Virus record (IMG/VR): IMGVR_UViG_3300042940_001453
Coordinates: 112,464-132,463 of that record
Length of the DNA: 20,000 nt
Direction: 5' to 3' (one strand)
Origin: an uncultured virus (IMG/VR IMGVR_UViG_3300042940_001453)
Taxonomy: Duplodnaviria; Heunggongvirae; Uroviricota; Caudoviricetes
The position numbers and the translations under genes are program-made. Below the pieces are notes generated by a model. That model saw nothing but the letters and a program-made list of their open reading frames with translations. It ran no database searches and had not been told where the DNA came from. Positions 17,691 through 20,000 of this stretch are shown in pieces; within the stretch, counting starts at the first letter, position 1, and each line of letters starts with the position of its first letter.

Positions 17691-18488
17691 TTAGTGAAAT
17701 TTGTGAAATTTCAAATATTTTTTTAACTGACAAATTACATCACTTTCAAGTCCATAAATCAATTTTATATTATTCTCCAAAATAACTCTGGACAGTTTAT
17801 ATTCATCTTTTTTCAATTTAAATTTATTTTTTGGATCTAGGTAAATATTATATTTTGGTAAATAAAAATCCGGATAATATCTTCTTTTTTTCCCACATAT
17901 GTCCGTCCAAATGAAATTTATTTTTCTATCTCTTTTCCATTCAATTGAATTATTATCCAACCATTTAGCTAAATTAACTTCCCAGCTTGAATCCATCCAT
18001 ACATCTTTATATTTGAATTTTTTATAATTCGTTTCACCGCCACAATTCGGATTTGCGGCAGAGTTTTGACTAAGTAATACCGATAAACATTTTCTGGAAC
18101 AAGTTTTCGTTTCGTTTCTTTTTTTCGGAAACTTTATTTTACATATTACACATAATAGTTCTTTTTTTGGCTGACTCGCATAAAACTTTTTAAGCGATTC
18201 ACTGGTAGTAGATACATCAATCTTTGATTGAGAATATCTTTTAGCACAAGTTATGTTGCAACATTTTTTATGACTTTTATGTGTAGTAGATAAAAACTTT
18301 TTATTACAACACAGACACTCTCTTTCTATCTCAATATGTTTTATCCGAGCCCCAGCGGTAGACTTTCCACAACATCTTGATGTGCAATAGAAATTTGAAT
18401 TTCCATTTTTGATTTGCCTATTATATTCGGCCTTATTTTTCAGGAAAGATATTCCACATCCATTACATTTTAATTCTATTTGTTTCAC
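17691..18488 (-). CDS. Free-standing (homing-type) endonuclease: Cys-rich Zn-finger repeats plus PD-(D/E)XK domain
   Basis: 265 aa, GTG start. Three CxxC...C(S/T/N)xxC units. C-terminal 'DSSWE...W...YYPDFYLP..NIYLDPK'. Inserted within the tRNA array. Confidence 0.7.
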   Translation of the reverse strand: MKQIELKCNGCGISFLKNKAEYNRQIKNGNSNFYCTSRCCGKSTAGARIKHIEIERECLCCNKKFLSTTHKSHKKCCNITCAKRYSQSKIDVSTTSESLKKFYASQPKKELLCVICKIKFPKKRNETKTCSRKCLSVLLSQNSAANPNCGGETNYKKFKYKDVWMDSSWEVNLAKWLDNNSIEWKRDRKINFIWTDICGKKRRYYPDFYLPKYNIYLDPKNKFKLKKDEYKLSRVILENNIKLIYGLESDVICQLKKYLKFHKFH

Positions 18489-18547
18489 AGATATAAATAT
18501 ACTGGTGGAGACAAAAACGATTCGTTCTTTCCTCTAAACTTAGAAAT

Positions 18548-18623
18548 TGGTGGAGCAGATGGGAGTTGAACCCACAATCTTCACTTTGCAAAAGTGGTGC
18601 ATTGCCAATTATGCTACTGCCCC
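18548..18623 (-). tRNA. tRNA-Ala(TGC)
   Basis: GGGGCAG/CTGCTCC acceptor with G3:U70, loop TT-TGC-AA, ACCA end. Confidence 0.92.
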
Positions 18624-18631
18624 ATTTAAAA

Positions 18632-18660
18632 ATCTTACACCAATACATAGTATAAGTCAA
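18632..18660 (-). promoter_or_regulatory. Sigma70-type promoter upstream of tRNA-Ala
   Basis: TTGACT-N17-TAAGAT, ending 8 nt before the tRNA 5' end. Confidence 0.65.
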
Positions 18661-18676
18661 ATCAAAAAACAAAAAT

Positions 18677-18853
18677 TGGATGATCGTGACTTGCGAATAT
18701 ACGAGGATTTCACTGGTCGTTCCATATTTCGATCAAGTCCAACGGCACTGTGCGCACAGAAACCATAAACTTAAATCGAATGTCTATCTCGTCAACTTCA
18801 GTCTCATCTACCTCCTAATGGCAGAGTGCTATAATTCTATACACCAACGATCA
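18677..18853 (-). ncRNA. 177-nt tRNA-like RNA (UAG anticodon loop) with a ~105-nt structured insertion in place of the T-loop
   Basis: Perfect 7-bp acceptor TGATCGT/ACGATCA + T + CCA. D-stem GTGT/GCAC. Anticodon arm CTGCC-ATTAGGA-GGTAG. T-stem GACTG/CAAGTC encloses a long rod. Confidence 0.65.
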
Positions 18854-18864
18854 AATCTAAAACT

Positions 18865-18983
18865 TATCCCAGACACCTTGGCGGTTTTATGGGCATATTT
18901 AACCCACAGATTATTAGCCGAACACAGCCGTTGGTTATTGTTTCGGACCTAGCCAAGTTCAAACCTCTACCATTGTCTGATAT
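18865..18983 (-). ncRNA. Candidate structured ncRNA (multi-stem, ~115 nt)
   Basis: Nested helices TCAGACA/TGTCTGG, CTTGGC/GCCAAG, CCGAA/TTCGG and GTGGG/CCCAT. GC-richer than the flanking spacers. Confidence 0.45.
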
Positions 18984-18988
18984 AAAAA

Positions 18989-19065
18989 TGGTCGGGGTGA
19001 CAGGACTTGCACCTGCAGCTTCCTGACTCCAGATCAGGCCGTCTCCTAATTGACAATACACCCCG
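18989..19065 (-). tRNA. Atypical tRNA-Pro(TGG)-like
   Basis: CGGGGTG/CACCCCG-A-CCA acceptor. Arm CCTGA-TCTGGAG-TCAGG with C33, A37 and G38. T-loop TGCAAGT. Confidence 0.7.
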
Positions 19066-19072
19066 ATTAAAA

Positions 19073-19146
19073 TGGTCAGAAAGACGGGATTCGCACCCGT
19101 ACCTCACAACCCAGAGTTGTGCGACTATATTATTATCTACTTTCTG
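19073..19146 (-). tRNA. Atypical tRNA, anticodon CTG (Gln) on a Pro-like C1:G72/A73 acceptor
   Basis: CAGAAAG/CTTTCTG-A-CCA acceptor. Arm CACAA-CTCTGGG-TTGTG. D-loop lacks GG. T-loop TGCGAAT. Confidence 0.65.
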
Positions 19147-19152
19147 ATTAAA

Positions 19153-19256
19153 TTGTTGTCGGTGTTTGATGAATGGATCTTTCGATCACTAGTTCTTACT
19201 CTTGTAACTGATGATCACTCATTACAATTTCTCTAAAATTACACCCTTAACCGACA
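19153..19256 (-). ncRNA. Candidate structured ncRNA (~100 nt) closed by a 7-bp helix and ACAA tail
   Basis: TGTCGGT/ACCGACA closing helix, ATGAGTG/CATTCAT, ATCATCAGTT/AACTAGTGAT, TAATTT/AAATTG. Confidence 0.45.
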
Positions 19257-19265
19257 TATATAAAA

Positions 19266-19339
19266 TGGTTGGGGATGATGGAATCGAACCACCACAAGCA
19301 GATTCAAAGTCTGCCGCACTACCATTATGCAAATCCCCA
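19266..19339 (-). tRNA. tRNA-Gln(TTG)
   Basis: TGGGGAT/ATCCCCA acceptor, loop CT-TTG-AA, encoded CCA. Confidence 0.92.
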
Positions 19340-19346
19340 GTTAAAT

Positions 19347-19420
19347 TGGAGCGGGTAGAGGGAATCGAACCCTCTCATGGGCTTTGGAAGAGCCCCAGGC
19401 TACCGTTACATCACACCCGC
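19347..19420 (-). tRNA. tRNA-Gly(TCC)
   Basis: Loop CT-TCC-AA, U73, encoded CCA. Confidence 0.92.
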
Positions 19421-19426
19421 TTTAAA

Positions 19427-19519
19427 TGGCGGAGGCGAAGGGTGCTGCCCCCTCAGTGGCTTTTAGACCACGGCAGTTTAGCAAACTGCTGTAGAAACCT
19501 GACTATCTACGTCACCTCC
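19427..19519 (-). tRNA. tRNA-Ser(GCT), non-canonical T-loop
   Basis: Loop TT-GCT-AA, long variable arm GTGGT/GCCAC, G73, T-loop GGCAGCA. Confidence 0.82.
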
Positions 19520-19563
19520 ATAAAATTTTGACAAACTCCGATTTCTTCAAGAGACGATAACTT

Positions 19564-19592
19564 ACTATATCAGTCTTCGGTTCCATTGTCAA
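19564..19592 (-). promoter_or_regulatory. Near-consensus sigma70-type promoter within the tRNA array
   Basis: TTGACA-N17-TATAGT with an extended -10 TG. Confidence 0.7.
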
Positions 19593-19609
19593 GTGGAGTT
19601 GTATTAAAA

Positions 19610-19696
19610 TGGCGGAAGCAGTAGGACTCGCACCTACGAGGGTTTATGGCCCCAGGCGTTTTCAAGACGCTTTCCTCGACTAACCGGACTACTTCC
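19610..19696 (-). tRNA. tRNA-Ser(TGA)
   Basis: Loop CT-TGA-AA, long variable arm, G73, encoded CCA. Confidence 0.85.
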
Positions 19697-19711
19697 GTAT
19701 AAATTATAAAT

Positions 19712-19796
19712 TGGTGGGCATAGAGGGACTTGAACCCCCACGGATTTCTCCACGAGCTTCTAAGACTCGCATGGCTGCCAATTACATCATATGCCC
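19712..19796 (-). tRNA. tRNA-Leu(TAG)
   Basis: Loop CT-TAG-AA, variable arm GGA-GAAA-TCC, A73, encoded CCA. Confidence 0.92.
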
Positions 19797-19803
19797 AATA
19801 AAA

Positions 19804-19881
19804 TGGTCGGAATGATAGGATTTGAACCTACGACATCTTGCTCCCAAAGCAAGCGCTCTAGCCAAACTGAGCTACATTCCG
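19804..19881 (-). tRNA. tRNA-Pro(TGG)
   Basis: Canonical cloverleaf, loop TT-TGG-GA, C1:G72, A73. Confidence 0.95.
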
Positions 19882-19888
19882 ATTAAAA

Positions 19889-19963
19889 TGGTAGGCGGTA
19901 AAGGATTTGAACCTCTGGCCTTGACCGTGTAAAGGTCCTGCTCTTCCACTGAGCTAACCGCCC
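19889..19963 (-). tRNA. tRNA-Val(TAC)
   Basis: Canonical cloverleaf, loop TT-TAC-AC, ACCA end. Confidence 0.93.
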
Positions 19964-20000
19964 ATTTAAAAATTGTTATATACTTTATTTTAATTATCGC

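Noticed and set aside
18694..18803. Hammerhead ribozyme or group I intron inside the 177-nt RNA
   Set aside because: CTGAAGT deviates from CUGANGA and GAAA is not placed after a matching stem II. The insert is too short and lacks P7 motifs for a group I intron.
18813..18819. Suppressor tRNA or stop-codon recoding
   Set aside because: The centred anticodon is TAG (reads Leu CUA), not CTA or TTA. Genes are intact in code 11. The TGA-anticodon tRNA at 19610 is Ser, not Sec or a suppressor.
18463..19531. ORFs 18463..18672, 18547..18768, 18680..18952, 18864..19061 and 19211..19531
   Set aside because: They overlap tRNAs or structured RNAs, and the translations are typical tRNA read-through artefacts.

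Overview
This is an AT-rich window from a large dsDNA tailed phage, apparently using genetic code 11. No cellular housekeeping context is visible. The minus strand (1-12315) carries a gp55/sigma-like late transcription factor, membrane proteins, Hsp20, four tail-fibre/adhesin genes (one with a peptidase S74 chaperone), phoH and small hypotheticals. The plus strand (12468-16318) carries two large probable virion/ejection proteins, one with (Gly-Thr-Thr)n collagen-like tracts. Next comes an ADP-ribosyltransferase-fold gene and a minus-strand RNA array (17190-19963). The array holds a tmRNA, 10 tRNAs or tRNA-like genes of normal size, and a Zn-finger/PD-(D/E)XK free-standing endonuclease. The most unusual signals are in this array: a 177-nt CCA-ended tRNA-shaped RNA whose T-loop is replaced by a ~105-nt rod, two further ~100-120 nt structured RNA candidates closed by 7-bp helices, and tRNAs whose Pro-type acceptor ends carry atypical anticodon loops. 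A TA(T/C/G)TTATA motif 3-5 nt upstream of many start codons, often right after a terminator, looks like a phage late promoter making near-leaderless mRNAs. All assignments come from manual motif recognition and manual folding; no searches were run.
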